Of a DNA stretch of 64,000 nt, positions 38,423-47,945 are shown one piece after another. Under the pieces are notes generated by a model. That model did not search any database, had not been told where the DNA came from, and saw only the letters and a list, made by a program, of their open reading frames with translations. This DNA is from Minisyncoccota bacterium (lineage in GTDB: Bacteria > Patescibacteriota > Minisyncoccia > Phycocordibacterales > Zambryskibacteraceae): positions 15,338 through 79,337 of the forward strand of contig DATDVZ010000010.1 of NCBI GenBank assembly GCA_036517475.1. The letters are read 5' to 3'. Each line of letters begins with the position of its first letter. The stretch's first letter is position 1. The position numbers and the translations under genes are program-made.

Positions 38423-39213
38423 TCTTCCATAAGAAAAAGTCATTAGGCCAAAATTTCCTTATAAATAAAGGGATTCTGGAGATAATTGCCAAAGAAGCAG
38501 AAATAAAAAAGGGGGAGATTGTAGTTGAAGTGGGCCCAGGTAGTGGGTATCTAACTCAAAGTCTTCTTGAGGCAGGAGCAGTAGTATTTGCGATAGAAAA
38601 AGATAACCGCCTGATACAAATTTTAAATGAAAAATTTACCAAAAAAATAAAAAATAAAAGATTAATTTTGATTAATGATGATATTCTAAAATTTAATTTT
38701 GCAAAATTAGTCAGAAGTAAAAAGTATAAAATTGTTGCAAATATTCCTTATTATATAACTGGTGCCTTGTTCAAAAAAATCTTTTCTCAAAAAAATCTAC
38801 CGAGTCTGGTTGTTCTTACGCTCCAGAAAGAGGTTGCAAAAAGAATAATTGTAATGGATGGTAAAGAAAGCATTTTATCAATTTCAGTTAAAGCATATGG
38901 CAAGCCAAAAATTGTAAAAATTGTCTCACGGGGAAGTTTTTCACCTGTGCCGAGTGTTGATTCTGCGATATTAAAAATTACCGATATCTCAAAAAACTTT
39001 TTTAAGGAATTTCCAGAGGAGAAATTTTTTAGTATTTTACATGCTGGATTTTCTTCAAAAAGAAAATTTTTAATTAGTAATCTTCAAAAAATTGAAAGTA
39101 AAGAGAAATTAGAAAAAATCTTTAACAGACTAAATATAAACAAAAAAATCCGCGCAGAAGATCTGGATTTAAATGAATGGAAAAAATTAACCACCATGCT
39201 TCATGATCTATGA
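38419..39213 (+). CDS. rsmA: 16S rRNA dimethyladenosine transferase
   Basis: KKSLGQNFL, EVGPG.G.LT, ANIPYYIT, F.P.P.VDSA. Confidence 0.96.
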   Translation: MIFHKKKSLGQNFLINKGILEIIAKEAEIKKGEIVVEVGPGSGYLTQSLLEAGAVVFAIEKDNRLIQILNEKFTKKIKNKRLILINDDILKFNFAKLVRSKKYKIVANIPYYITGALFKKIFSQKNLPSLVVLTLQKEVAKRIIVMDGKESILSISVKAYGKPKIVKIVSRGSFSPVPSVDSAILKITDISKNFFKEFPEEKFFSILHAGFSSKRKFLISNLQKIESKEKLEKIFNRLNINKKIRAEDLDLNEWKKLTTMLHDL

Positions 39214-39247
39214 TCTATGTTCTATGTTCTATGTTCTATGTTCTATG
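39194..39247 (-). repeat. CATAGAA heptamer tandem array
   Basis: (TTCTATG/ATCTATG)n on the plus strand; overlaps the rsmA 3' end and the stop of ORF 39243. Confidence 0.85.
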
Positions 39248-39662
39248 GTAACGCTCCCGGCGCGCTTGTGCCCACTCTGGCAATTTGGCCAAATGAAGGA
39301 AGCGGGACACAAAAAGGAGGAAAACCAATCCAACATGATTGTACTGCCGGTACATAGTCACCCAGATGTGCTGTGGTTGGAATTCCAATAAAAAAATTGG
39401 CAAATAGAGTACTGATGCCAAGATTAAATGTCAGGGCTCCCGCAAAAGGAAAGGGTACCGGGGCGGGGTAAAGTGGGGCCATAAATATCCATAATCCAGG
39501 GGGTGGACAGGTACATGGAATAAAAAACTGAACAAACCCCCCAAAAGGGATACCTGTCGCAATATTTGATCCAGCCTGCCCAAAAGCCGAAAATGGAATC
39601 ACAAATATAAATATGATCAAAAATATTATTATTTTTTTTCTTGTAGATTGTTCCTTGTTCAT
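39243..39662 (-). CDS. Secreted Cys/Pro-rich hypothetical protein
   Basis: Signal peptide; PFGG...CTC...LG.Y....C....C.......I..VGTS. Confidence 0.75.
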   Translation of the reverse strand: MNKEQSTRKKIIIFLIIFIFVIPFSAFGQAGSNIATGIPFGGFVQFFIPCTCPPPGLWIFMAPLYPAPVPFPFAGALTFNLGISTLFANFFIGIPTTAHLGDYVPAVQSCWIGFPPFCVPLPSFGQIARVGTSAPGALP

Positions 39663-39672
39663 TGCTCCTTGT

Positions 39673-40701
39673 CTAATTAATTCTTAGTATAACCTTTTGG
39701 GGGTTAAGCGTCACACCGTGGGAGTTTTTTACAAAGAAATACAAATCAATTGACTGGCCCTGAAGATATTTAAATGCTTTTGCAAAATCACTTGCCTTTG
39801 GAAAATCCGAGAGATGAATTTTTATTTCACCCCCATTTGATACAACCCCTCCTAGATTTCCCAGAGACGACCAAACTTCATTTGAAGATTCAAAGTTGTC
39901 CCCTCTTAAAATTATTACATCCCCCAAACTTGAAACAGAGATAACTGAAGTTGAATTAAATGTCGGCGGATTCGTGGGATCTGGGGTCACTGTAAAAAAT
40001 TTCTCTTTAATCTGGTTTCTGCTGTTTCCTCTTTCATTCTCAATCCAGATATTATATTTACCAAGTTCGACGCTTGAAGGAACAATGAATTTCAAATTTT
40101 TACCCTCGCTGCTTTCCAAATTCTCCACAATTTTTTTATCGTCAAAATAAATTGAATTATTTTTTGTAAAATACCAACCTGTTATCTCAACAGTATCTCC
40201 CGGAGCTGCTTCAATTTTTGAAAAATTCAAAACCTGCGGTGGCTGTAAAAATAATTTATTAGTCAGAGGTTGTAAATCTGAATTCTGAAACTTTTGGTTT
40301 TGGTTTTCTGGTAACTGTGTGTTTGTTGTTTGTTGTTTGTTGTTAGTTGTTAGTTCATTTAGCTTTTTTCTCGTTAGTGGCCCCACATAACCAGTGCCTA
40401 CAAAACTTGTGTCATTTCCCACAATTTCTTCCCTGTAAAGATTTTGAAAACGTATCACAGCATCAAGTGTAAGTTTGCCGAAATATGTCGTTTCATTACC
40501 AAATGAGCCGTAGCCATTGTTAGAAACGATAGTCTTTGAATAACTGTTTAATATTTTCTGTAATTGCTTAACGTCTTCGACGTTATCTCCAATTCTTAAA
40601 TTACGGCTAAAAATAAAGTTCTGTTGGGCTTTGGAATCAGGAATCACGAATGAAGAATAAAGAATAAAAATTAAAGTAACCAGTAAAAATCTTCTAAGCA
40701 T
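39673..40701 (-). CDS. Peptidoglycan-binding domain plus IPT/TIG domain protein
   Basis: NLRIG...EDVKQLQK.LN...YFG.LT..AV.RFQ...TGYVGPLTR.KLN; PGDTVEITG..F. Confidence 0.85.
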   Translation of the reverse strand: MLRRFLLVTLIFILYSSFVIPDSKAQQNFIFSRNLRIGDNVEDVKQLQKILNSYSKTIVSNNGYGSFGNETTYFGKLTLDAVIRFQNLYREEIVGNDTSFVGTGYVGPLTRKKLNELTTNNKQQTTNTQLPENQNQKFQNSDLQPLTNKLFLQPPQVLNFSKIEAAPGDTVEITGWYFTKNNSIYFDDKKIVENLESSEGKNLKFIVPSSVELGKYNIWIENERGNSRNQIKEKFFTVTPDPTNPPTFNSTSVISVSSLGDVIILRGDNFESSNEVWSSLGNLGGVVSNGGEIKIHLSDFPKASDFAKAFKYLQGQSIDLYFFVKNSHGVTLNPQKVILRIN

Positions 40702-40815
40702 GGGGAAATTATAACAAAATATGGCTAAATACGTGTTAAAATTTAATTAAATCTAGTGTAAATTATTGTAGTCATTCATAGATTCGTATCTATTCGTAGA
40801 TTTGTATATTTTTTA

Positions 40816-41769
40816 ATGAAGCTCCCAAGCAAAAAAATTATCGCCCTGATTATTGTCTGCGTTTCAGCTGTGGTTTTCGCATTTTCTTATCAAAAATACA
40901 GCAATAGAACTGTGGCAGGAAGCATAAAACAAGCTGATTTGGTTCAGGTAGCCGGTGAAAAGGACTCTGATACAGACGGTGTTTCAGACTGGCAGGAAGT
41001 TTTATGGGGTCTTGACCCCCAAAACGCCGTCAGTAATACCGACAAAATTCCCGATAGCGAATATTTAAATAAAAAGAAAGAGGAATTGGCCAAAAACCCC
41101 AGTCAAATAAAAAACCAATTTGACACAACAGGTAGTAATGCGGGCACGACTTCAAATTTGAGCCCGACTGAAAAACTTGCCATAGAAACATTCAGTGAGT
41201 ATACATCTTTAAAACAATCAGGTGTTTTAACCACACCAAACATTAATATTACTACTGAAGGTATTGCTAATAATAACTCCTATACATTTGAGAACTCTTA
41301 TAAAATCAGTGATATTAAAACTATACCTGACTCTGATCTGGGTGGTGTAAAACTATATGGCAATGAGTTTGCCGCCCTGCGTTCAAAATACGTAAACCAA
41401 TATCAAAAAAACCCTCTGACCTCGGATATTTTCAATCAGGACAATGTTTCGGGTAATAATTTTCAAAACAAAATAAACTCCATATCAAATATATATCTTT
41501 CTCTTTCAAACGAACTCTCAATACTAAAAGTTCCTTCTTCTCTGGCACAAACTCATCTAAAACTAATAAATAACTACGCAAAAAGCGCCTCTGCATTCAA
41601 GATATTGAGTAATCTTTCAGAAGATCCGCTTTCTGCAGCCTATGCCCTCAATGAACACTCCATTGCCGAAAGTGAGGAACCCCAATTACTAAGCCAGATA
41701 AGGCTCTTTTTCCAAAGTAATGGTATAATTTTTTTATCCGATGAGACTGGGATTTTTTGGTCACAATGA
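40816..41769 (+). CDS. Membrane-anchored protein with TSP3-like Ca-binding motif
   Basis: N-terminal TM; KDSDTDGVSDWQEVLWGLDP. Confidence 0.75.
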   Translation: MKLPSKKIIALIIVCVSAVVFAFSYQKYSNRTVAGSIKQADLVQVAGEKDSDTDGVSDWQEVLWGLDPQNAVSNTDKIPDSEYLNKKKEELAKNPSQIKNQFDTTGSNAGTTSNLSPTEKLAIETFSEYTSLKQSGVLTTPNINITTEGIANNNSYTFENSYKISDIKTIPDSDLGGVKLYGNEFAALRSKYVNQYQKNPLTSDIFNQDNVSGNNFQNKINSISNIYLSLSNELSILKVPSSLAQTHLKLINNYAKSASAFKILSNLSEDPLSAAYALNEHSIAESEEPQLLSQIRLFFQSNGIIFLSDETGIFWSQ

Positions 41770-43400
41770 AATTTTTTAAAAAAACTCTTTGCTTGATTCT
41801 TGTAGTAAGTATTATACTTCCCTCTCTTTTATTTTCTCCAAAGAAAGTTTCAGCTTTTACACTTCCCCCCGGCTTAGTTCCCATTCCGGCAGATAAACTT
41901 CCGCCAGTACCAACATCTGATGCTAGTATAAGACAAAAAGAGGTCGGGATTACGATTTTTGGCATTACAATACCGGGAATTACCCTTGATTCCTTTATGA
42001 TAATTTTTGCAAAAATTCTCCTTTCAAGAATGGCTGATGCTACTGTGGATTGGATAAACCGCGGTTTTGACGGCTCACCAGTATATGCCACAGACCCGCA
42101 GGCATTTTTTCTTCAAACCGCAGACAATGTTGCTGGAGAATTTCTAAACAGTGCCGGCTGGGGAGCCCTATGCTCACCCTTCAGGCTTGAGGTCAATACG
42201 GCTCTGCGAAATATTTACTCATCTTCAAGAATCACTTCTCGCACGCCTTTCCAAGCCAGATGCCCGCTATCGCAAGTAGTAAATAATATTGATGCATTTC
42301 TTAATGGTGATTTCAGTCAAGGGGGGTGGGATGCCTGGTTTGCTATGACACAAAATGCTTATGGAAATCCTTTTGATGCAACTCTTAATGCTCAGGCCCA
42401 ACTTTCACTGAGGATAAACAACGAGAAAACAATTGAACTTGCGAAACTAAACTGGGCCGGGGGATTTCTTTCGTGGTCGGATTGTATTGAAAGGGAAGGT
42501 AATGACGATTCGGGCGGTCCTGATGGGGACCCAGCTACCTCTGACGGTGAATGTACAAAACGCGGACCGACAAAGACTCCCGGAAAAGTTATAGAAACCC
42601 AGCTTGAAAATGTTCTGGGTTCTGAGGTTAAACAACTGGAACTTGCTGATGAATTTGATGAGATGGTAAGCGCCCTTGTGGGACAACTGGTTAAAAAAAT
42701 ATTCACTTCCGCAGGCGGTCTTTTCTCCGGCGGAGGATCAAATCGCTACTCTGATGGAGGCAGACAGCAAGATACTGGGGGCAGTTGTTCTGCAAACAGA
42801 GATACTGCCGTAATTGGCGATGAAATAACTTGGACTGTTTCTGTTTTTGGAACGGATCCGGAAAATTCAACAATTCAATGGAGTGGTGATGAAGGATTAT
42901 CTGGCAACACAAATCAGGTTAAGAAAGTTTACACAATACCGGGAGTAAAATCCGCAAGTGTTGTCATAACTGATCCGGCCGGTAGAACTTCAACTGTTAC
43001 TTGCACTGATACAGTTGAAGTTTCCAGATACCCCGCTCTTGCCGGATCATGCAGGCCAAACAGATACTCTGCTGGTGCATTTATTATAACTTCTAGCGGA
43101 GATCCGGTAACTTGGTATGGCACATTTACCGGCGGCTCCGGAGTTTTGGATCAGGCAATCTTTAGTGATCAGTTTGAGGGGGATTCGGAGGGCGCCGCAA
43201 TCGTTCCTCCATCATCTCCGCCCCCAGGAATAACTTTCAATCCTCCAGTAGGGGGGGGTGTCAGAGGCGTTTACGCAACATTTCAATACAATAGAATTGG
43301 CGATCACAATGTAACACTGCGATTAATTGATACAGATCCGACGGTACGACCAGCCACAATTCAATGCACTGATTCCGTAACAGTCTTCCTCAAACCATGA
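41766..43400 (+). CDS. Secreted protein with C-terminal PKD-like domains (T4SS-like locus)
   Basis: Signal peptide; WINRGFDGSP, LCSPFRL, GGWDAW, TPGKVI, ADEFDE; WSGDEGLSG...Y..PG.K.A.V. Confidence 0.75.
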   Translation: MKFFKKTLCLILVVSIILPSLLFSPKKVSAFTLPPGLVPIPADKLPPVPTSDASIRQKEVGITIFGITIPGITLDSFMIIFAKILLSRMADATVDWINRGFDGSPVYATDPQAFFLQTADNVAGEFLNSAGWGALCSPFRLEVNTALRNIYSSSRITSRTPFQARCPLSQVVNNIDAFLNGDFSQGGWDAWFAMTQNAYGNPFDATLNAQAQLSLRINNEKTIELAKLNWAGGFLSWSDCIEREGNDDSGGPDGDPATSDGECTKRGPTKTPGKVIETQLENVLGSEVKQLELADEFDEMVSALVGQLVKKIFTSAGGLFSGGGSNRYSDGGRQQDTGGSCSANRDTAVIGDEITWTVSVFGTDPENSTIQWSGDEGLSGNTNQVKKVYTIPGVKSASVVITDPAGRTSTVTCTDTVEVSRYPALAGSCRPNRYSAGAFIITSSGDPVTWYGTFTGGSGVLDQAIFSDQFEGDSEGAAIVPPSSPPPGITFNPPVGGGVRGVYATFQYNRIGDHNVTLRLIDTDPTVRPATIQCTDSVTVFLKP

Positions 43401-45583
43401 TTAGTTATTTTATTAAAAATGAAAAAATAGTCCGCTTAATAACAATAGGATTATTGGTTAGCGTTTCATTTATCGCTCCAATTCAAACTTATGCTGCCTG
43501 GTGGTTTATTCCAGCAGCAGTTGGAGGAGTGTTTGCAGCATTGGGTATTGCGAAGGGCACAATTGGTGAAGCGGTTGATTATGTGACTAGATTCGTTGGA
43601 AATTTGATTTTGGGAATAATGGGCGTTTTGCTTGGTATAGCCGGTCTTCTTATAAATCAGGTAATAAATTTTACGGTAGTTGAACTCAAGGAAAATATCG
43701 ACAAAATTGGCGGAATTAATACGGTTTGGGGAGTAATAAGAGATTTAATAAATATTTCATTCATTTTTGTTCTTCTTTACGGTGCAATAAAAACAATTCT
43801 TGGAGTAGGTGATGTCAAAGTCAAAAATTTGATTATTGGAGTAGTGATTTCTGCGATACTCATTAACTTCAGCATGTTTTTTACCAAGTTAATGGTGGAC
43901 GCATCAAATATCGTTGCTTTGGTTTTTTACGAAAAGATAGCGCCCCAAAGTCAAACACTTACAGGCGGCATATCAGACACTTTTATGGATAGACTGGGGT
44001 TGGTTTCACTTTATGACCCTGAAGAAGGAGTGCTTGAAGAGGTTGGCAAGACTTTTCTTAGGACATTATTGAGTTCAATAATATTGGTTATTGCGGCATT
44101 CACTTTCTTTGCCGGAGCAATTATGTTTTTAATCCGGTTTGTAAATATCATCTTGCTTATAATGCTCTCCCCTGTCGCTTTTCTTATAGGAATAAACATC
44201 CCTGCCATCAACGAACAAGCAAAATGGTGGTGGGGAATAATGAATAAAGAGCTGTTATGGGCACCTGTTTATATGATTTTAATGTGGATGGTTCTTACAG
44301 TAATTGGAACGGCAAATTATTTCGGATCTGAAGACTCAGGACTTAGTCTGTTAGTCAACTTTGGAATAGTAATAATCTTACTTAATGCGGTGCTTATAAT
44401 TTCCAGAAAACTTGCCGGTCAGGGTGGAACTATTGGAGCACAAGTAGTTGGAAAATTTGTTGGTGGTGTGGGTGGTTGGGCGGGCAGACAAGCAATCGGT
44501 CGCCCAATGCATAAAATCGGCCAGAGTAAATGGTTCAATAAAGCTGCTAGTAAAATGCCTTTGGTAGGTGCTGCAGCAATACGTGGTGTAAAGCAAGTCG
44601 GAGAAAAATCCACTTTTGATGTTCGTGCTGGAAAGACTTTTGGTGACTTGGGAGCAGGTACGCCAAAAGGTGGTGGGTTCAGAGAAAGACAAATGGCTGA
44701 TGAAAAAGAAATAATGGGAGCTAAAGAAAGAGTAAGGATCGCCGAAGCCAAAGAAAGCATCAAAAAGGGCACCCGAGCTGCTGAAGACCCGGCTTATGCT
44801 GCTGCATTAGCTACAACCGTTGGGGCAAGAACACTACAACAACAAGCTCTGGTTGACGCAGTTGACCAGATGGAAATAGCTATTGGGAAAATGACTGGTA
44901 AGGAAATTGAAACTATTGTCTATGAGAATAAAAAATTACTACAAAGTGAGGCGTTTGCAAACAAAATCAGCGTTCAGCAGTTAGATACCCTTAACAAAAG
45001 CGAGAAATTATCAGAGGCTGAGAAAAATATTCTTAAAGACGCTCGTTTTGGTGAGATTGCTAGAGCAATCAGAACAGGTCCCTTGGCAACAGGTTCAAAT
45101 GAAGAAAAGAGACTTAAGGCTCTCACTGATACAGAACTTGAAATGTTGCCTGCAGACTTATGGCAAACTCACGGTGCAAATTTTGCTAATAATCTTAAGC
45201 GATCACAGATCGACGACATTATGAAAAGTAAAGCCATCACTAGCTCACAAAAGAAAGCAATTACAGACAGTAGAAAAGCCGCTCAACTTAATAACATTGC
45301 AGTGGGTGTCCCGGCTGGTCCAGGCGTGCCAATGTTCCTTGCTCCCGGTGAATACGTTAAAAAAATGGACATAAAGGATATCGCTGGTTTAGATTTCTTC
45401 ACAGCTGGTGTGCCGAACCCCGCGCTTGATCCTATATATCAATACATTACCCCACAAATGATTAGAAAGATTGGTAGAGAACTTGAACCACAAAAAGCAC
45501 TTGAACTAAAAACTCAAATTATGGCACATGGAGATCCAGCAACAATAACATGGCTTAATAATCATCCTGATGCGCTCGGCTAA
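43397..45583 (+). CDS. VirB6/TrbL-like multi-pass membrane protein
   Basis: WGVIRDLINISFIF, LINFS.F.TK..VD.SN, R.V.I..L..LSP.AF; long soluble tail; locus context. Confidence 0.7.
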   Translation: MISYFIKNEKIVRLITIGLLVSVSFIAPIQTYAAWWFIPAAVGGVFAALGIAKGTIGEAVDYVTRFVGNLILGIMGVLLGIAGLLINQVINFTVVELKENIDKIGGINTVWGVIRDLINISFIFVLLYGAIKTILGVGDVKVKNLIIGVVISAILINFSMFFTKLMVDASNIVALVFYEKIAPQSQTLTGGISDTFMDRLGLVSLYDPEEGVLEEVGKTFLRTLLSSIILVIAAFTFFAGAIMFLIRFVNIILLIMLSPVAFLIGINIPAINEQAKWWWGIMNKELLWAPVYMILMWMVLTVIGTANYFGSEDSGLSLLVNFGIVIILLNAVLIISRKLAGQGGTIGAQVVGKFVGGVGGWAGRQAIGRPMHKIGQSKWFNKAASKMPLVGAAAIRGVKQVGEKSTFDVRAGKTFGDLGAGTPKGGGFRERQMADEKEIMGAKERVRIAEAKESIKKGTRAAEDPAYAAALATTVGARTLQQQALVDAVDQMEIAIGKMTGKEIETIVYENKKLLQSEAFANKISVQQLDTLNKSEKLSEAEKNILKDARFGEIARAIRTGPLATGSNEEKRLKALTDTELEMLPADLWQTHGANFANNLKRSQIDDIMKSKAITSSQKKAITDSRKAAQLNNIAVGVPAGPGVPMFLAPGEYVKKMDIKDIAGLDFFTAGVPNPALDPIYQYITPQMIRKIGRELEPQKALELKTQIMAHGDPATITWLNNHPDALG

Positions 45584-45585
45584 AT

Positions 45586-46335
45586 ATGACTTTCACACAA
45601 CAACAAAAAAAAACTGCCTACATTTCGCTTAACCCAAGTGTTCAGTATTTTATAACTGACCCGGAAAGCAGAGAAATTTCAGAGAAAATTTCAAAACAAT
45701 ACTCACTTGATTTTGATCAGACAGATAATCTTGATGAGGAGATAGACAATACAATTTTAGGCCTCCAAAGTTTTAGAGAAATGATTATTAATCTTAGACA
45801 AAAACTTGGATTATCGGACGATAAAATAATTGAACTTGCTCGTGATCTTAAACAACAAATCTTTGACAAGTTGGATGAAATTAAAAAAGGAGAAATACAA
45901 TATCAAATTCCGGAAACTTTTATTTCGACACCCACACAGTTGAAAGCGAAAATTAACCCACCAACAACCTACAACTCACAACCAACAACTTATAAAGAAC
46001 CCAATCAAACAAATACTAAGCAAAATGCTTTGGAAAGGATGGATGGAGTTTTTAATAAGACAGCGCCGGCGCCGGGGAATTTACCGAGTCAACCAACAAC
46101 CGACAACAAACAACAAACAACAAACTTTCAAATTCCGAAAACTAAAGTAGTGGAGGAATATCATCAGGAATTAAAACCACCAACAACTAACAACCAACAA
46201 CTTACAACAAATAATAGACAACCTAATCAACCTATACAAAAATCACCCATGGAGAGGAAATTGGAGCAAAATCCAAATGTTATGAAAAGTTCATATGGTA
46301 ATAAACCAGATCCTTATCGCGAGTCACCACAATGA
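45586..46335 (+). CDS. Hypothetical protein with translated heptamer repeats
   Basis: C-terminal DPYRE motif; QPTTDNK-type tracts. Confidence 0.75.
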   Translation: MTFTQQQKKTAYISLNPSVQYFITDPESREISEKISKQYSLDFDQTDNLDEEIDNTILGLQSFREMIINLRQKLGLSDDKIIELARDLKQQIFDKLDEIKKGEIQYQIPETFISTPTQLKAKINPPTTYNSQPTTYKEPNQTNTKQNALERMDGVFNKTAPAPGNLPSQPTTDNKQQTTNFQIPKTKVVEEYHQELKPPTTNNQQLTTNNRQPNQPIQKSPMERKLEQNPNVMKSSYGNKPDPYRESPQ

Positions 46336-46745
46336 TATTCAAATTTCCGCAATATATTGATGTTGAAGACAAAATTTTCGGGCCGCTTACTATAAAGCAG
46401 TTCATTTATCTTCTAGGTGGGGCTGGAATTATCGTCACCATTTTCAGATTCTTGCCGGGTTTTATAGCCTTTTTTCTTGCTATACCAATAATTGCCCTGT
46501 CGCTTTCGCTTGCGTTTTGGAGAGTCAATAATCAACCTTTTATAAGTGTATTGGAATCCTTTATGAAATATGTCTTTGGGGAAAAGCTCTATATATGGAA
46601 AAAAGAAGCAAAAAAAATATCAAAAAAAGAACAAGAATCTATTAATCCACAGGTTTATATTCCAAAAGTTACTGATGGAAACCTTAAAAACTTGAAATGG
46701 AACATTGACGTTAAAAAATCACAGGACATAGAACCTGAGACATAG
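46332..46745 (+). CDS. PrgI family protein
   Basis: PQYIDVEDKIFGPLTIKQF; two TM segments; YIWKK. Confidence 0.88.
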   Translation: MIFKFPQYIDVEDKIFGPLTIKQFIYLLGGAGIIVTIFRFLPGFIAFFLAIPIIALSLSLAFWRVNNQPFISVLESFMKYVFGEKLYIWKKEAKKISKKEQESINPQVYIPKVTDGNLKNLKWNIDVKKSQDIEPET

Positions 46746-46813
46746 AACATGGAACATGGGGCATGAGGCATGGAACATAAAACATGGAGCGTAAAACATT
46801 AAACATATAACAA
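46724..46813 (+). repeat. CATRGAA heptamer array (about 12 degenerate units), left arm
   Basis: catagaa cctgaga catagaa catggaa catgggg catgagg catggaa cataaaa catggag cgtaaaa cattaaa catataa. Confidence 0.9.
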
Positions 46814-46818
46814 GGAAT

Positions 46819-47169
46819 ATGGAAAAAAGTTACAATGAGAGGTTGAAAAAATTAATAAATCAGTATGTCCATAAAGTTTATGATTACAGCGTTAACTTTC
46901 CAAAGAATGAAGTATTTGGACTAACTTCTCAACTCAAACGCTCTGCAATGTCTGTCGCATTGAACTATGTCGAGGGATACGCCAGAAGAAGAAAGCTTGT
47001 TTTTAAAAATTTTATTGAAATTTCCTACGGCTCATTGAAAGAAAGTGTTTATTTAGTTGAATTCTCGTATAATAGAAAGTACCTGAATATAAACCAATAT
47101 AAGGAACTAAACAATTTAGCAGAAGAAGTAGCTAAAATGCTTTGGGGAATTATGGATAAGTTAGACTAA
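46819..47169 (+). CDS. Four helix bundle protein (23S rRNA IVP / bAvd-like family)
   Basis: FPKNEVFGLTSQLKRSAMSVALNYVEGYAR...F..ISYGSLKE. Confidence 0.92.
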   Translation: MEKSYNERLKKLINQYVHKVYDYSVNFPKNEVFGLTSQLKRSAMSVALNYVEGYARRRKLVFKNFIEISYGSLKESVYLVEFSYNRKYLNINQYKELNNLAEEVAKMLWGIMDKLD

Positions 47170-47199
47170 TGGTCTATGTTCTATGATAAATGATCTATG
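47170..47199 (-). repeat. Inverted heptamer array, right arm
   Basis: ggtctatg ttctatg ataaatg atctatg is the reverse complement of CATAGAA-type units; the last unit provides the ATG of ORF 47197. Confidence 0.75.
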
Positions 47200-47832
47200 A
47201 CTTTAAACGCAAAAGCAACACAAGAGTTTGTTCCAATTGAAGAGGTGCGTGACGGCATTATTGTCATGAAAGACAGCGGAATGCGCGCTGTTCTTCTGTG
47301 TTCTTCTCTGAATTTTTCACTCAAATCAGATGATGAGCGAACAGCAACCCTTCTGCAATTTCAGGACTTTTTGAATTCTCTGGATTTTTCGATTCAAATT
47401 TATATTGAGTCCCGCCGGCTTGATATCAGGCCGTATCTTGCGCTGTTGGAGAACCAGAAAAAGAATCAGACAAACAGTCTGATGAAAATACAGATTCAGG
47501 AATATATTGAATTTGTTAAAAGTTTCACTGAACAAACAAATATAATGAAAAAAAGTTTTTATGTTGTCGTGCCGTTTTCTCCAGCGATAATAAGACAAAA
47601 AGGAAACATTCTTTCAAACATATTGCCGTCACAGAAACAAACAAGCGAGAAAGAGTCCGCAAACTTTGAGGAGAGTCGTACCCAAATTGAACAGCGTCTC
47701 TCGGTTGTTGAACAAGGACTCATGCGCTGCGGTATAAGAGTTGCCAGACTCGGTACAGAAGCAATAGTTGAATTGTTCTATAAAATATTTAATCCGGGGG
47801 AAAGCGAAAAACCGATTCAGTTGAAGACATAG
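47197..47832 (+). CDS. VirB4 N-terminal-like (TraC-like) protein
   Basis: TQEFVPI.E.RDG, SSLNF.LKS, FLNSLDF.IQI...SR..DI.PY. Confidence 0.75.
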   Translation: MTLNAKATQEFVPIEEVRDGIIVMKDSGMRAVLLCSSLNFSLKSDDERTATLLQFQDFLNSLDFSIQIYIESRRLDIRPYLALLENQKKNQTNSLMKIQIQEYIEFVKSFTEQTNIMKKSFYVVVPFSPAIIRQKGNILSNILPSQKQTSEKESANFEESRTQIEQRLSVVEQGLMRCGIRVARLGTEAIVELFYKIFNPGESEKPIQLKT

Positions 47833-47945
47833 AACATTAAACATGAAACATAGAATATTAGACATAGAACATAAAACACTTGAATTGAAAGTCCGAATTC
47901 AAAGCATGTTTCATGCTTCATGTTCCATGACTAATGATAAATGAC
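47826..47945. repeat. Gene-less CATRGAA array plus its inverted arm around a small hairpin
   Basis: catagaa cattaaa catgaaa catagaa tattaga catagaa cataaaa / TTGAATT...AATTCAA / catgttt catgctt catgttc catg. Confidence 0.85.

Noticed and set aside
39203-39391. ORF beginning MIYDLCSMFYVLCSM
   Set aside because: It is a translation of the heptamer array, antisense to a real gene.
46819-47169. Diversity-generating retroelement (Avd-like gene)
   Set aside because: No reverse transcriptase and no TR/VR pair differing at adenines were seen in the window.
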